64,000 bases of DNA from the human T2T-CHM13v2.0 reference genome, Homo sapiens. Both the position numbers and the translations under genes were made by a program. Positions within the stretch are counted from its first letter, which is position 1; each line of letters opens with the position of its first letter. Of this stretch, positions 14,600-34,398 are shown in pieces. Below the pieces are notes generated by a model. It worked only from the letters and a program-made list of their open reading frames with translations, was not told where the DNA came from and searched no databases. The stretch lies in NCBI RefSeq assembly GCF_009914755.1, contig NC_060926.1, one strand, 5' to 3'.

Positions 14600-15616
14600 A
14601 TGGGGAAAAAACAGAACAGAGAAACTGGAAACTCTAAAACGCAGAGCGCCTCTCCTCCTCCAAAGGAACGCAGTTCCTCACCAGCAACGGAACAAAGCTG
14701 GATGGAGAATGACTTTGACGAGCTGAGAGAAGAAGGCTTCAGACGATCAAATTACTCTGAGCTACGGGAGGACGTTCAAACCAAAGGCAAAGAAGTTGAA
14801 AACTTTGAAAAAAATTTAGAAGAATGTATAACTAGAATAACCAATACAGAGAAGTGCTTAAAGGAGCTGATGGAGCTGAAAACCAAGGCTCGAGAACTAC
14901 GTGAAGAATGCCGAAGCCTCAGGAGCCGATGCGATCAACTGGAAGAAAGGGTATCAGCGATGGAAGATGAAATGAATGAAATGAAGCGAGAAGGGAAGTT
15001 TAGAGACAAAAGAATAAAAAGAAATGAGCAAAGCCTCCAAGAAATATGGGACTATGTGAAAAGACCAAATCTACGTCTGATTGGTGTACCTGAAAGTGAT
15101 GCGGAGAATGGAACCAAGTTGGAAAACACTCTGCAGGATATTATCCAGGAGAACTTCCCCAATCTAGCAAGGCAGGCCAACGTTCAGATTCAGGAAATAC
15201 AGAGAACGCCACAAAGATACTCCTCGAGAAGAGCAACTCCAAGACACATAATTGTCAGATTCACCAAAGTTGAAATGAAGGAAAAAATGTTAAGGGCAGC
15301 CAGAGAGAAAGGTCGGGTTACCCTCAAAGGGAAGCCCATCAGACTAACAGCGGATCTCTCGGCAGAAACCCTACAAGCCAGAAGAGAGTGGGGGCCAATA
15401 TTCAACATTCTTAAAGAAAAGAATTTTCAACCCAGAATTTCATATCCAGCCAAACTAAGCTTCATAAGTGAAGGAGAAATAAAATACTTTACAGACAAGC
15501 AAATGCTGAGAGATTTTGTCACCACCAGGCCTGCCCTAAAAGAGCTCCTGAAGGAAGAGCTAAACATGGAAAGGAACAACCGGTACCAGCCGCTGCAAAA
15601 TCATGCCAAAATGTAA
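14600..15616 (+). CDS. ORF1: L1 ORF1p (338 aa, intact): coiled coil, RRM, CTD nucleic-acid chaperone
   Basis: Full-length open frame; REKG, ARR and YPAKLS motifs present. Confidence 0.95.
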   Translation: MGKKQNRETGNSKTQSASPPPKERSSSPATEQSWMENDFDELREEGFRRSNYSELREDVQTKGKEVENFEKNLEECITRITNTEKCLKELMELKTKARELREECRSLRSRCDQLEERVSAMEDEMNEMKREGKFRDKRIKRNEQSLQEIWDYVKRPNLRLIGVPESDAENGTKLENTLQDIIQENFPNLARQANVQIQEIQRTPQRYSSRRATPRHIIVRFTKVEMKEKMLRAAREKGRVTLKGKPIRLTADLSAETLQARREWGPIFNILKEKNFQPRISYPAKLSFISEGEIKYFTDKQMLRDFVTTRPALKELLKEELNMERNNRYQPLQNHAKM

Positions 15617-15652
15617 AGACCATCGAGACTAGGAAGAAACTGCATCAACTAA

Positions 15653-19507
<3,855 letters not shown>

Positions 19508-22500
19508 ACAATGAGATCACATGGACACAGGAAGGGGAATATCACACTCTGGGGACTGTGGTGGGGTGGGGGGAGGGGGGAGGGATAGCATTGGGAGATA
19601 TACCTAATATTAGATGACGAGTTAGTGGGTGCAGCGCACCAGCATGGCACATGTATACATATGTAACTAACCTGCACAATGTGCACATGTACCCTAAAAC
19701 TTAAAGTATAGTAAAAAAAAATAAGAATGAACACAATTTTTAATTGCAAATAAAATTATTAAAATTTAATGTTTTTATTAAATCAGCATATTTCTTAAAT
19801 AATAAATACATCAGCTTATCTTTAACATTTTGAAAATTTAAGCATTTATTGTGTTTCAGGCACTGTGCTAAATGAGGGGGATACAAAGATGAGTTAAACA
19901 TAGTTTTTTCCCCAAACAAGTTTGTAAACAGGTGAGGGAAGTAGATAGAGAACTAGGTGAGGTCAGTATGTGTACAGGTAGAATGTGTGCTGGATCAAGC
20001 CAGAGACCAGAAGGAATGGTTCAAAGACAGACTTCCTGGAGAGGGTGAATCTTGGAAGGTGACCCCAAAAAAGACTAGCAGGAAATATTTCAAAATGGTA
20101 AAAAGTGATGATCTATGATGCTGGAATTCTGGGAAATTTTTATTTTTCTTTATGCTTTTCTGTATTTCTCAAAACTTCTCAATGAAAATATTTTATATAG
20201 CTGAAAATGTATTAAAGAATAAAACATAATATATTAAACGATAATACAGTTTTTTAAAGCAAGTGAGAAGAAAGTGAAGGCAGAAAATATAGACTATTAT
20301 TATTTCTAGGAACTCTGCTTTGAAGGGAAGAAATAAAATACAAAGCAGGTAGAAGGAGATGCAGAGTCAAGAAAGGGACTTTCTCTCTCTCTCTCTTTCC
20401 TTTTTAAGCTGAAAGTGACTTGAGTATACTATAAGCTGTAGGAAAGATGGAAGCTGAAAATAAAAGAGGAAGGACTAACAGACGGAACAAGACCTCACTC
20501 TAGTTCTGAAATATTTAGGAATCCACCTGCTCAAAAGAGCAATTTGGAAAGATTAGCATTAGATCAGAGAAATGGCATCTCTACAGAAAGGAGTGGGAGT
20601 GGGTATATATACACACAGTGTGAGACATTGATTCAGACCTCTGTCTGTTCCTCTGAGGTTACTAAACACGGTAGGGCTATAGTGGGGATGCTTCTCATCA
20701 TGAGTGAAGTTATTAAATTCTGAAGAATCTAATTCAAAAAAGATCCCCATTCTCTGCCTGAGATTCCCACATGCCTTGGTGTGAGGCACACAATTTGACA
20801 GCTTTACCATGAGAGATATAAGACAATGACCACAATATGTCAAAACACAATGGCTCTTGCAATGAGACTTCTCTCTCCCAGGAGGGTGAGGACACTTCTT
20901 TACCCAGTGCCAGGAGAGAGGGCCCCCACACTCATCTTTTTTAAAATCTGTTTGTACCTGCAAGAAAAGGACTTGACCTTTTGTTTCTTGAGAAGTTTAC
21001 TCAATACTAGGCTTACATCTCCTGCACTGGCTTTATGGAAGAAAACGAAAGATCACAGGCCAAGATGGCGCTAGGGTACAGTCTGTTACAGAGGGATCCA
21101 GGGCCATCTTTTCACTTCAGAGATACCTTTAGCTTCCATAATTGGATCAAATGGGGTAAATTTGATGAGGACCACCACAACCTGGAATCAAAGAATTTAG
21201 GGCAGCTCAGGGCTGTGGTGGGAGGCCAACTTGGGTGTCAAAAGAAAGATATGACTGAGTTCAACAAGCAACCCAGGGAAAATTCTTGGAGCTGCATCCC
21301 TCTTCTGTGAAGTCTTTTGGTCCTGCACTCATCCACAATGAGCCTATAGACCATGAGGTATATCAGTGGTGATCCCCATCCCTTTCCCTCCTCTCATCTC
21401 CAGCACCAGAAAAGCCAAAGGAGTTCTGAAATGAGGACTGAAGGGCCACTCACCAACTCTGGCTCCTTAGCTGCCATCTGTAACCACATATCCAGCCTGT
21501 GTTGGAAAAACAGAGCAAAGGGTTGGAAATTGACTAGAACCAAGTCTTAATATCTGAGAGTAGACTATTTTAATAATTGAAATGATTAAAAGTATGGTAT
21601 TATATTAATATGACCTTAGAAGTACTTTTTACCCAGTGGGAAAGGTGGATTAAACAAAGACTATTGCAGGCAATTATTAAGGGGGACAAACATTTCATGC
21701 TTTACCTTGTGACTTGAGACTTTTCAAAATAATTATATACATATATTAATGGTTTCATATATACATGTATGAATGAACACAGATTAATTATATACATATA
21801 TGAATTAGATTATCATTGTAATGACCACCAGCAAGGTGACTTGTGAAAAAACCTTTGCATAGATTTAATAGATTAATTCCATCACCTTGTCTTACAGTGC
21901 TCTTGGAAAGAAAGATAAAATGACAAAGAAAATTGAACTGTATAATTTAATCCTTATCTGCAAGTACTATACTGTTTTTGCATTGTAAAAATCAAGACAG
22001 ACATTTCTCAAAACCTAACAATAGAAGGAGACATTTTCCTTCTTTTTTCATAGGATAGCTAAAAGGCATTTGGACATTCACCCACAGGTCTGACCGCACT
22101 CTGAAGGTGAATTCACTTTGTTCTTGCACAGCCAGGCCCTGATCGTTCCTGCCTCCCATGGCTACCAGCAGTCCTAGGTGGGGTCTTTTGGTTCCCAATT
22201 GTTCCCCTGTTGGAAACAGTCGCCCCACTTTGGGGCTTTTTTTTCTTTTATCTATCCCCTACCCTTCTTCCACAGTCATCCTACAAGCACAAAGGCCTAT
22301 TCAAATCACTTTCTTGTTAGAAATACTCAGTGACTTTCTATTGTCCATAAGACCTTTTGCAATGTGGGCTTAACCTCAGATTCCAACTGCTGCTCTGCCC
22401 TGTCTCTCACCTCACCGAGCGCTCACCCATTGCCCTGGTGTCCAGGTGGCAGCCATGATGAATTCTGGCTTTTCCCTAAACACACTGTTTTCTGTGCTGG

Positions 22501-22749
22501 TGCCCGTTGGCCCAGGTTCTCTCATCCCATTCCCCGGTTAGTAAAACCCACCCTCCAGAATGCTGCCAACATGTCCTCTCCCCTAAGGAACCTTCCCATT
22601 CTCCACAACCCAAGTCAGTCACTACCCACTCTGCCGTCTTCCGTTGTTTAGGGCATACTTGGATGTGCTGAGGACATGGTGTAGTGTGATGGGTGGGGTG
22701 TAGTCTCTGTCTTGGACTGCCAGCTACTCGTTCAGTGATGAATGTGTAA

Positions 22750-23260
22750 TTACAAATAATGATACGGACCACGGCAGAAAGGAACACAGTGCCAAGAAAC
22801 AGAAATGAGATGGCGCTGAGACCTGACACACGGTAGGAGAGGCGGAGGGAGGAACAGGACCCCTGGGGCAGGGAGCGCCATGCACAGCAGCTTCATGGCA
22901 GGGTGTGTGTTTTCTGAGAACAGAAAGAGGCCCATGTGGCTGGAGTGGATGAGCAAGGAGGAAAATGGTGTGAGATGTGGCTGGAAAGGTAGGTAGGACT
23001 CCAGCCTGCAGAGCCTGTGGGCCCCCAGAAGACTTTAGTCTTTGTCTTAAGAACAATCAAGAGGCATTGAAGAGCTTTCTTAATGGGGATGACATACTAT
23101 TTGCATTTTGAAAAAATTCTAGCTTCGGTGTGGAAAAGTGATTGGAAGGAGGCCAGAGAGGATGTGGGGGTCTATTAGGAGGCTATTACATACAGGAAAA
23201 AGATAATGGAAGCTGGAATAGGGAGTGGCGGAGCAGATGGGGAGAATTTGGATGGCTTGA
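22750..23260 (-). mobile_element. L2 fragment (approximate)
   Basis: Purine-rich L2 antisense motifs 'gaggcccatgtggctggagtggatgagc', 'attaggaggctatt'. Confidence 0.6.
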
Positions 23261-23589
23261 AATTGAAATTCTTACCAGAACTTCTACAAACCGAACAGAA
23301 TAAGCACTCACATTAAATACTCAGGTGGCATTTAAAAAGGTGTCATCTTAGAGTTATGATTACTTTATGGACCTTATCGTAAAATAGTTAAAATAGAATC
23401 AATTATATTTTGCTATTTAGAAGAAAGCAAAGGGTAAAAAATATAAACATACACTACAGTAGAAATAGTAAAACTATGTTAAGCTGTCTAGTTAAAAGAG
23501 CATCTGTTACCTTAGAAAGCTCCAAGGAGGCTCTGAATCACAGAAATCAAGATTACAAAATTTTAACAGCAGACTATTGTCTTATTTTG

Positions 23590-24980
23590 TAATGGTTTTT
23601 GGGGATATACTTTATGTACTATACAACTTACACAATTAAATATGAAATTTGATAGTTCTTAGTTATTCACAGAGTTGTGTAATCATTGCCATATCTAATT
23701 CTACAACATTTTTGTTACTCCAAAAGGAAACCCCATCCCCATTATTAATTACTGCCTATTTCTCCCCAACTGCTCTAGGCCTGGGCAACCACTAGTCTAC
23801 TTCATGTTTCTATGAATCTGCCTACTCTGGACATTTTATTTCAGTAGAATCATACAGCCAAGTGTGGTGGCTCACGCCTGTAATCCCAACACTTCGGGAG
23901 GCCGAGGTAGGTGGGTCACTTGAGGTCAGGAGTTCGAGACCAGCCTGGCCAACATGGAGAAACCCCATCTCTACTAAAAATACAAAAATTAACTGGGCAT
24001 GATGGCACATATCTGTAATCCCAGCTACTCAGGACGCTGAAGCCCAAGAATCGCTTGAACCAGGGAGACGGAGGTTGCAGTGAATCGAGATCGTACCACT
24101 GTACTCCAGCCTGAGTGACACAGGGAAACTCTGTCTCAATAAATAAATAAATCTAATCATACGATTTCTGACCATCTGTTACTGGCATCTTTCACTTAGC
24201 ATAATGTTTTCCAGGTTGATCCATGTTGTTACATATATCAGAACTTCATTGCTTTCTATTACGAAATACCCCATTGTATGGATATATCACATCTACTTAT
24301 CCATTCAGCAGTTGATAGACATTTAGGTTGTTTTCAGGTTTTGGCCATCATGAATAATGCTACTATAAACAGTTATGTATAACTTACGTGGACATCTGTT
24401 TTCATTTCTATTGGTTATATACTCCCAGGAGTGGAATTGCTGGGTCACGTGCTAACTACATGTTTAATCATTTGTCTTATTTTGTAATTTGAAGAACTGC
24501 CCGACTATTTCCCAAAGCAGCTTCTCCATTTCACATTTCCATCAGCAGTGTATGAGGTTTCCAATCTCTCCACATTCTCATCAACACGTGTTATTATCTG
24601 GGGTTTTTTTGTTTGTTTTTTTGTTTTAATTCTAGCCAGCCTAGCGGGTGTGAATTGGTGTCCCATTTTGGTTTTTGATTTGCATTTCCCTGGTGGCTAA
24701 TGGTGATGAGTATCTTTCCATGCACTAACAAGCCATTTGTACATTTCCTTCAGAGAAAGATGTCTGTCCAGATCCACCGCCCATTTTAAAATGTGATTAT
24801 TGGCCTTTTATTGTTGAGTTATAAGTGTTCTTTTTACATTCTAGATGAAAGTATGTTATCAGAAAAATGATTTACAAATTTTTTCTTCCATTCTGTGTGT
24901 TGTCTTTTCACGTTTTTGATGGTGTACTTCAAAGTACAAAAGACTTTTTTTCATTTTGATTATATCTGATTATCTATTTT
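23590..24980 (-). mobile_element. Old L1M (L1MB-like) 3' region, interrupted by an Alu
   Basis: 'tttcacttagcataatgtttt', 'ggagtggaattgctgggtca', 'gatttgcatttccctg'. Confidence 0.8.
23856..24151 (+). mobile_element. AluSx-like
   Basis: Full dimer with (TAAA)n tail; TSD aatcatac. Confidence 0.97.
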
Positions 24981-25683
24981 TTATTTTATGGTTGGGTTTT
25001 ATTATCTTTTAGAAAAGAATAACCTCTTATGAAACTATGGAGTCATATCACTGAGTTGTATCTAAGATTCTTTTACATTTTTTTCCTACCAACAAAAAGA
25101 GAATTCAACCACCATTTTCCCCAAGGATGTGTAGTCATTTTCTTTAATATATGTATTGCTTCTTCAAAGTTAAAAGACTATAACTAATGTCAGCCAACTC
25201 TATCTTTAGCAAAAGCAATTAAGTAGCATTATTCAAGCTTATCAGTCCTATGCCATTTTATTAGCTAAAGCAATTAGAAGAACTTATCATTTTTTAAAAT
25301 CACATAATTATTGACTGTCACAGACCCTGTTACCGAGAAAGGTGATGGCTTGTAACACTGCAATGAGGTAAAATGAAAATAAAGGGTGAAAAGAAAGCCT
25401 AAAAGATAAAGGTTAAAGAAGGAAAGAAACATAAATTACAATTAGAGTGAAACGTTGTGGAACCTTAATGCATTTTTTAAGACCCTTTAAGTCAAATTAA
25501 TAAAAATGAAAGAGACTCAATATTTGCATTGGTAGGACTTTTATTTAAAAAGTTAAATTATTTCATTGAGCTAAACTTCCACCTATTCTTTGATACCTAA
25601 AAGCTTTTAGGAGGTAAAGAAAAACGTTTTTAAAATTTTATTTATAAAATAATAAGTAGCAAAGGATGCAGGCATACATCTAG

Positions 25684-26005
<322 letters not shown>

Positions 26006-27339
26006 AGCAAATCTTAATTTAGATCATCTTAATGTTCCTTCTTTAAAAGCTAGATTCCCCAGTTGTTCCTCTTTGGCCTTCCAGTGCCCAGCATGTGACG
26101 ACACTTAGAAGGTGAAAAAACAAAAAAACAAAAAAAAACTGTGGACTTAAATTAAGATACTGAATTAGCTTTGTGTAAAGTCTTCTGATTAAAACTCTTA
26201 AGTAGAATGGGCCTGCAAAAGTGCACTATGAATATTTGTTTTCAGTTTTACATTCAATTGCATAGTTCACTTTTTACATGAGCTTTCTTCCCTCAAGTGT
26301 TCACTAAACATCATATAATACAGAGCTCTTTTTAACATCCATTTCTTTTTACTGAGAAATAAACTGAGGAGATTCACCAGCATTACTCACCTCTCTGGAA
26401 TGACTTGAATAATGTTAATGGAATGATGCTCCTGAACCAGCCAATCACCTTTCAGCTCACAACCTGTCATCTTGCCTCTTTCTACTCTCGGTGATTATGT
26501 TCCCTCACATTTGTCTTCTAGCCGTAGACAGGAATGATAAACACACGGAGATGGGCATAGCAGCCTAAGTAGCCACACATCCATCCTAGACAACCTCTCC
26601 TCTTTCTTCCCTCCCTACCATTCTCTGTACCTGCTGAAATTTAGATCAGTGTATCCTCTACCCTCACATACATTGCTGCCCAATGATCAAAGCCAGGAGT
26701 TTTAGACAGTCTTGCTCTGTCCTTCCAGCTATGCCCCTCTGCCCAGCTGGAGAGTCCATGGAGTGAAGAGATTTTGCCCACCCAGAGCCTGGAACCACCA
26801 CCTGTAGACCATGCTCTGGGTGTCCAGGAATCTAGAGTTTACTGCTCAAACATAGTCCTAAGTCTAGTTCCAGGATCTGTGCAAGGATTCTTCTCTGCAT
26901 CCATGCTTCTGTTGGCAAAACTTCAGGCCTGAGGAATATCCAAAAGGCAATGATTTGCAGGAAGGATAGACACAGAGCTCAAACATATAGGCTAAAATGT
27001 GCAAACGTGTGCTTATTTAAGCTCCATGAGGTGTGAGATGGAGCAGGGGGTGGAGAGTGTGGGCTACAAGCATGGATGGCAGGCTAGGCCAACACTGCCC
27101 TGGCCACTGCATTCTAGCACATAACTCTGGAACTCTGAGGAGTCCCAAAATCCAAAATTAAGCTTTTCTAGATTATTACAAAAGATTATCATTCAAGATA
27201 GGAGAATAAACCATACTTTATTTAATATGTTAGCTTGATTTATAAATATTTAGATGTATGATACATAGGTATCCATTTGTGCTTTTACCATGGACCCCAA
27301 TAATGTGAACTGTAAGCCTGCTAGGTTTTGGAGTCCAAG

Positions 27340-27900
27340 CTTAATTGATTTATTAAAAATATTTATTACATTTCTACCTTGTGCTAGGCATTGTTTTAGG
27401 CTTTCAGGGACAGCAGTGAACTGGACAGATAAGGTCCTGCTGCCTAGGAGCTTACATTCAAGTGAGAGAAAATAAGTTGAGTAGTCTAGGTAAACCAATG
27501 CATTCATCCATCCATTCATTCATTTACACAACAATTATCAATTGCCAAACACTGCCCCCTGGCATTTGGGGTGGTTTACAAAACAGACATGAATCCCTGG
27601 CCTCATGAAGATAATTTCAGATATTAATAAAGGTAAAGAAAGAAATTTAAAAGGGGTGAAATGTTAGAGAATAACAAATGAGGGGCACTGGCCCCATAAC
27701 TGAGGTTCTTAGGAAGACATCTCTAACGGGATTTATAGGATAGAAGGATTTGAGAGTGCAAACAGCCAAGAAAAGAGTGTTCATATGGAAGGAAGAGTGG
27801 GAGCAAATACCAGGAGGAAAAAACCTGGGGAGTTCATGGAATGGGAAAAAAACATGTGGCTGGAGCATTATAAACAAGATGGTGAGTGTTGCTGTGTAGA
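27340..27900 (-). mobile_element. L2 fragments (approximate)
   Basis: 'tgtgctaggcattgttttagg', 'ggagcttacattc', cattcattcatt 3'-end repeat. Confidence 0.6.
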
Positions 27901-28359
27901 CAGAGAGGGAGGCAACTGAGGTTTTATCCACTATGCCTTACATCTGAGTCCCTAATTCCTGTGTTTTGTGAAGGTCTCAGGCAGTCAACAAAGAAAGATA
28001 ACAGCAGGAAAGCAGTGAAAGTCACTGAAGTGTCCAGGGCTCTGTCTTATCCTGGTTCAGTTCATCAGGCTGTGCCATGGGCTCTTCCAATAAACACAGC
28101 CATTGAAATGAGATGTCTTGAGAAAGTGCCCTCTCAGGGTTGGGGTCGCTGCAGCAAAGTGAATGGCTTGTCGCAGTACACACAGCTGGTCTACAAGTGT
28201 CTGCTGTTACTAGCAAATGAGCAAAAGCACTTAATCCACATCTCCATCCAGCAAGTTGCTGGATGACGCCGGGGTCATGTTGCACCGTCTGTAACTACTA
28301 ACTGCCATGCTTCCTGTTGACAAGATTTGCTCTCAGCAGCAACTCACCTATGGATTTGC

Positions 28360-28805
28360 TAGTGTGCCAGACACAGACTGGAGGCTTTCTGTGCATTTCT
28401 TCGCACTAGTGAATTCTCACAAGTCAATGACTGAGGTATCATTATCTCCATTTAAAAGGAAAAACCAAAGTTCAAAAAGAGGAAGTATTTGCCATAAGTC
28501 CCGTGTTGATAAGTGGTGGATTTCTTTGCAGGACCTATGTTGTCTGCCTCTGCAGATGGAATATGGCCACTGGTCTGACATTTGCATGAAGAATTAAGTA
28601 CTCAGCTCTGTGGCAAGATATGCCTAGAATCCCACCCTGGTCATTGTGCCACTGTGTGGCTTTAGGAGAATTACTTTATTCCTCTGAGCCTCAGTTTTCA
28701 TCTCTGAAAAGTGGAGATAATTGTAATACCCACTTAAGGGATTGTTGAGAAATAATGCATGTCAGGTGCCTGGAATTTAACAAGAACTCAACAAATATTA
28801 GCTGG
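28360..28805. mobile_element. Two MIR fragments in opposite orientation (about 28360-28510 minus, about 28600-28805 plus)
   Basis: MIR core 'ctctgagcctcagttttcatctctgaaaagtggagataat' and reverse core 'attatctccatttaaaaggaaaaa'. Confidence 0.6.
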
Positions 28806-29388
28806 TTGCATTATGCTTGCTTTGCTCTGCCTCTCTCTTCTTTTCAACATCTATCATGGAGTCCAAGTTGCTTATCCATCCTAAGTACTCTTTCGCCACA
28901 AGTCACCCATTGCCTATTTAACAATCTGCCAGAGCTTATCAAATAAGGGTGTGACAAACGAACTATAAGCTATGAAACCGTAAGGGCAAACCGCCCATCA
29001 GGGATTCAACACAAACGTTCACAGGGTAAGTCAGAACGAGGAGATGAGTCACTCAGGCATCTGAAAAACAGTTATCCTTGTAAGTGTGTGCATGTTTGTT
29101 TGAAATAACCTCCTGGTTTTTGCTAGACAGCCTGAGTCCCAGAAGGACATTCCAATCCATAGTCTGTCAAATTCCACCCAGTTATCATTCTTCTCACTTG
29201 CTAAACTAGCCTCCCAGGAAGATAACACCCACTTATGCATTAGTGATGCTTCCCAGAAGTTTCAAAGGGAAAGACCATTCTAAGAACGACTGGCGCAGAA
29301 TCCAAATTGGCCAGGTACTCACACATACTTGATTCTCCAGCCTTCTCTGTGGTCTCTAGACGGTTAGATATTTCTTCTTTGTACCAGA

Positions 29389-29600
29389 TGTTCGAATTTA
29401 TTTAAAACATTGAACACATCCTTTGGACAGGTGGTGGAGAGCACTGAATGCAATTAAGGAGGAGGTGAGATGATTCACTCCATCTTCACCTTAGTGTTCG
29501 AATTTATTTAAAACGTTGAACACATCCTTTGGACAGGTGGTGGAGAGCGCTGAATGCAATTAAGGAGGAGGTGAGATGATTCACTCCATCTTCACCTTAG
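29389..29600. repeat. 106-bp tandem duplication (2 copies, 2 mismatches)
   Basis: Copy 1 29389-29494, copy 2 29495-29600; both differences are CpA versus CpG. Confidence 0.97.
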
Positions 29601-29862
29601 CTCTCATGATCTTCCACCTTTAAAGGTTTTGTGGCCAGCTCTCCTGCAGTCCTCCATGAGTCACTCCTGAGCTTTCATTTCCCATCTGCAGCAGCTGCTG
29701 TCCACATGGTTCACAAGACCATTGTTGTTATAAAGGAGATCACATCATTTATGAAGTACTTGGAATGCTTAAGAGGAAAGGGCATTGGGTAAATTTAAGG
29801 TACTTGGTATTGTCACTACTTTTTAATCTTAATGGCTACAGGGAAAAATGAGTGGTCTAATG

Positions 29863-30102
29863 CAGTGACTTTCAAGCTATTGTGCTTGTAACCTACAATT
29901 AAAAAATAAAATAAAGTTGATAACTTAACCTAGCAAGTAACCCTGAAACTAAAGTTTTGTGTAATAGTACTTATTCTTCCTAAGTACTGTATACTCAGAT
30001 AGTTTCTATTCTATTTCATCTTAAAAAAAAATACTGGTTGCAATTTACTCAATTGATTTTTTGACCCACTAACAAGTCAAAACTTGTAGTTTGTAAAACA
30101 CT
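29863..30102. mobile_element. hAT-Charlie-like DNA transposon fragment (tentative)
   Basis: Termini 'cagtgactttcaagct' and 'agtttgtaaaacact' resemble Charlie/MER inverted ends. Confidence 0.4.
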
Positions 30103-30686
30103 ATTGAAAGTCTAAAATCTATTTATATCCTTTAATACAAGACAAATTAACCTCAGGTCATACGTATTTCCCTCTCCCAATAAATATGTGCGCACATATT
30201 CTCAAAAACTATTTGTTCTTTTCAGAGTAAATAATATTAATTCAAGATTATTGGTCACTTTCCTGATTAGCCTTATGGTACTCAAGACAGAATAAAGCTG
30301 CACATTAGATGAGCTACTCACATTCATTCTCCATATGTCACATTATTTTAGGAATACAAAAACCAGAAAACATGAGGCTTCTGAAAATTATGCATATTTA
30401 CATGTACTTCTGGTTAAAAAATCTTGAACAGGCAGATTTTTCTCTTGAGATTTTGGATGGGTTCATTTCTTAACAGAAAATGCAAACATGCATATTCTTC
30501 TTTTTATAAGATTAAAAAGTCACTTTATGACAAAGAAGGGAAAAAGAAAAACAAGAAGGCAATGAGAAAGAAGAAAAAAGGAGGAGAAAAATTGGAGGAG
30601 AAAGTATCCAGATTTAAGTTTGTTGCCTGTAAATCTCTTTCAATATAGTTGGTAATTAATATTAATCAAATATCCTAAGTTTATAG

Positions 30687-32551
<1,865 letters not shown>

Positions 32552-32726
32552 AATGCTATTTTTAACTTACAAGTAGAATTCATGATGTTTACACACTGCT
32601 CTTTGCTTTATAAACTCTTTTTTCTCAACAAGAGAAGGCGTTTTTATTTTTAATTATTATGGATACATAATAGATGTACATAAGAAAGGTTTTTAAATAA
32701 AATAAGCTTAGTAGTTTTGTTTTTAA

Positions 32727-32996
<270 letters not shown>

Positions 32997-33809
32997 TGAG
33001 AAGAAAGTACGGGAAGTTCCCACATACCCTATTCCTGTCCCCATACACATACAACCTCCCACTATTGACGTTCCACACCAGAGTGGTACATTTGTCACCA
33101 CTGATGAGCCTACATTGACACATCATCATCCAAAGCCTGTAGTTTATATTAGGGTTTACTCTTGGTGTTCTACATTCTGTAGACTTGGACAAATGTATAG
33201 TGATGTATCCACTATAGTCATGTCATACAAAACAGTTTCACTGCCCTAAAATTAATGTTTTGGGGGCACTAAACCTCTGTGCTCTGCCTATTCATTTCTT
33301 CCTCTAACTCACACCTTGCAAACACTGATCTTTTTACTATCTCCATAGGTTTGCCTTCTTCAGAATGTCATATGGTTGGAATCACACAGTACAGAACCTT
33401 TTTAGATTGGCTTCTTTCATATAGTAATATGCATTTAAGTCTCCTTCATGTCTTTTCATTACTTGATAGCTCATTTCTTTTCAGCACTAAATCATATTCC
33501 ATTATCTGGATGTACCACAATTTCTATATTCACCTATGGAAGGACATCTTGGTTGCTTCCAAGTTTAGCAATTATGAATCAAGCTGCTATAAATACGATA
33601 AACATGCATGTACAGGTTTTTGTGTAGACATAAGTTTTCAATTCATTTGAGTAAATACCAGAGAGCATGATTGCTAGACAGTATAATAAGAGTATGTTTA
33701 GTTTTGTAAGAAACTGCCGAAGTGTCTTCCAAAGTGCTGCACCATTCCGGGTTCCCATCAGCAATATGAGAATTCCTATTGCTCTACTTACTTGACAGCA
33801 TTTGGTATT

Positions 33810-33959
33810 TGTATTAGTCAGGGTTCTCTAGAGGGACAGAGCTAATGGGATAGATAGATAGATAGATAGATAAATTTAATATATATAGATAGATTTATGT
33901 ATCTATACATGTATTTATGTATTTAATATATATAGATATATTTATGTATATATATGAAA

Positions 33960-34017
<58 letters not shown>

Positions 34018-34398
34018 TTTATTAAGTATTAACTCACACAATCACAAGGTCCCACAATAGGCCATCTGCAGGTTGAGGAACAAGGTGAGCAAGTCCACCT
34101 TCCAAAACTAAAGAAACTGGAATCCGATGTTCAAGGGCAGGAAGCATCTGGCATGGGAGAAAGATGTAGGCTGGGAGGTTAGACCAGTTTCTCATTTCAC
34201 GTTTTTCTGCCTGCTTATATCCTGGCCTCTCTGACAGCTGATTAGATTGTGCCCACTCAGATTAAGGATGTGTCTGCCTTTCGCATTGCCCATTGACAAA
34301 TGTTAATCTCCTTTGGCAACACCCTCACAGACACACCCAGGATCAATACTTTGTATCCTTCAATCCAATCAAGTTGACACTCGGTATTAACCATCACA
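33810..34398 (-). mobile_element. MLT2A1-type (HERVL) solo LTR containing (GATA)n and (TA)n
   Basis: tgtattagtcagggttctctagagggacag...attaaccatcaca; perfect 5-bp TSD gtatt (33805-33809 / 34399-34403). Confidence 0.9.
33963..34014. repeat. (TA)n microsatellite, about 26 units
   Basis: Pure AT dinucleotide run. Confidence 0.95.

Noticed and set aside
21058-21073. GGCCAAGATGGCGCT as a YY1/CTCF site
   Set aside because: An isolated short motif with only a partial match and no supporting context
29389-29600. CRISPR-like or VNTR array
   Set aside because: Only two directly adjacent copies with no spacers, in a eukaryotic context
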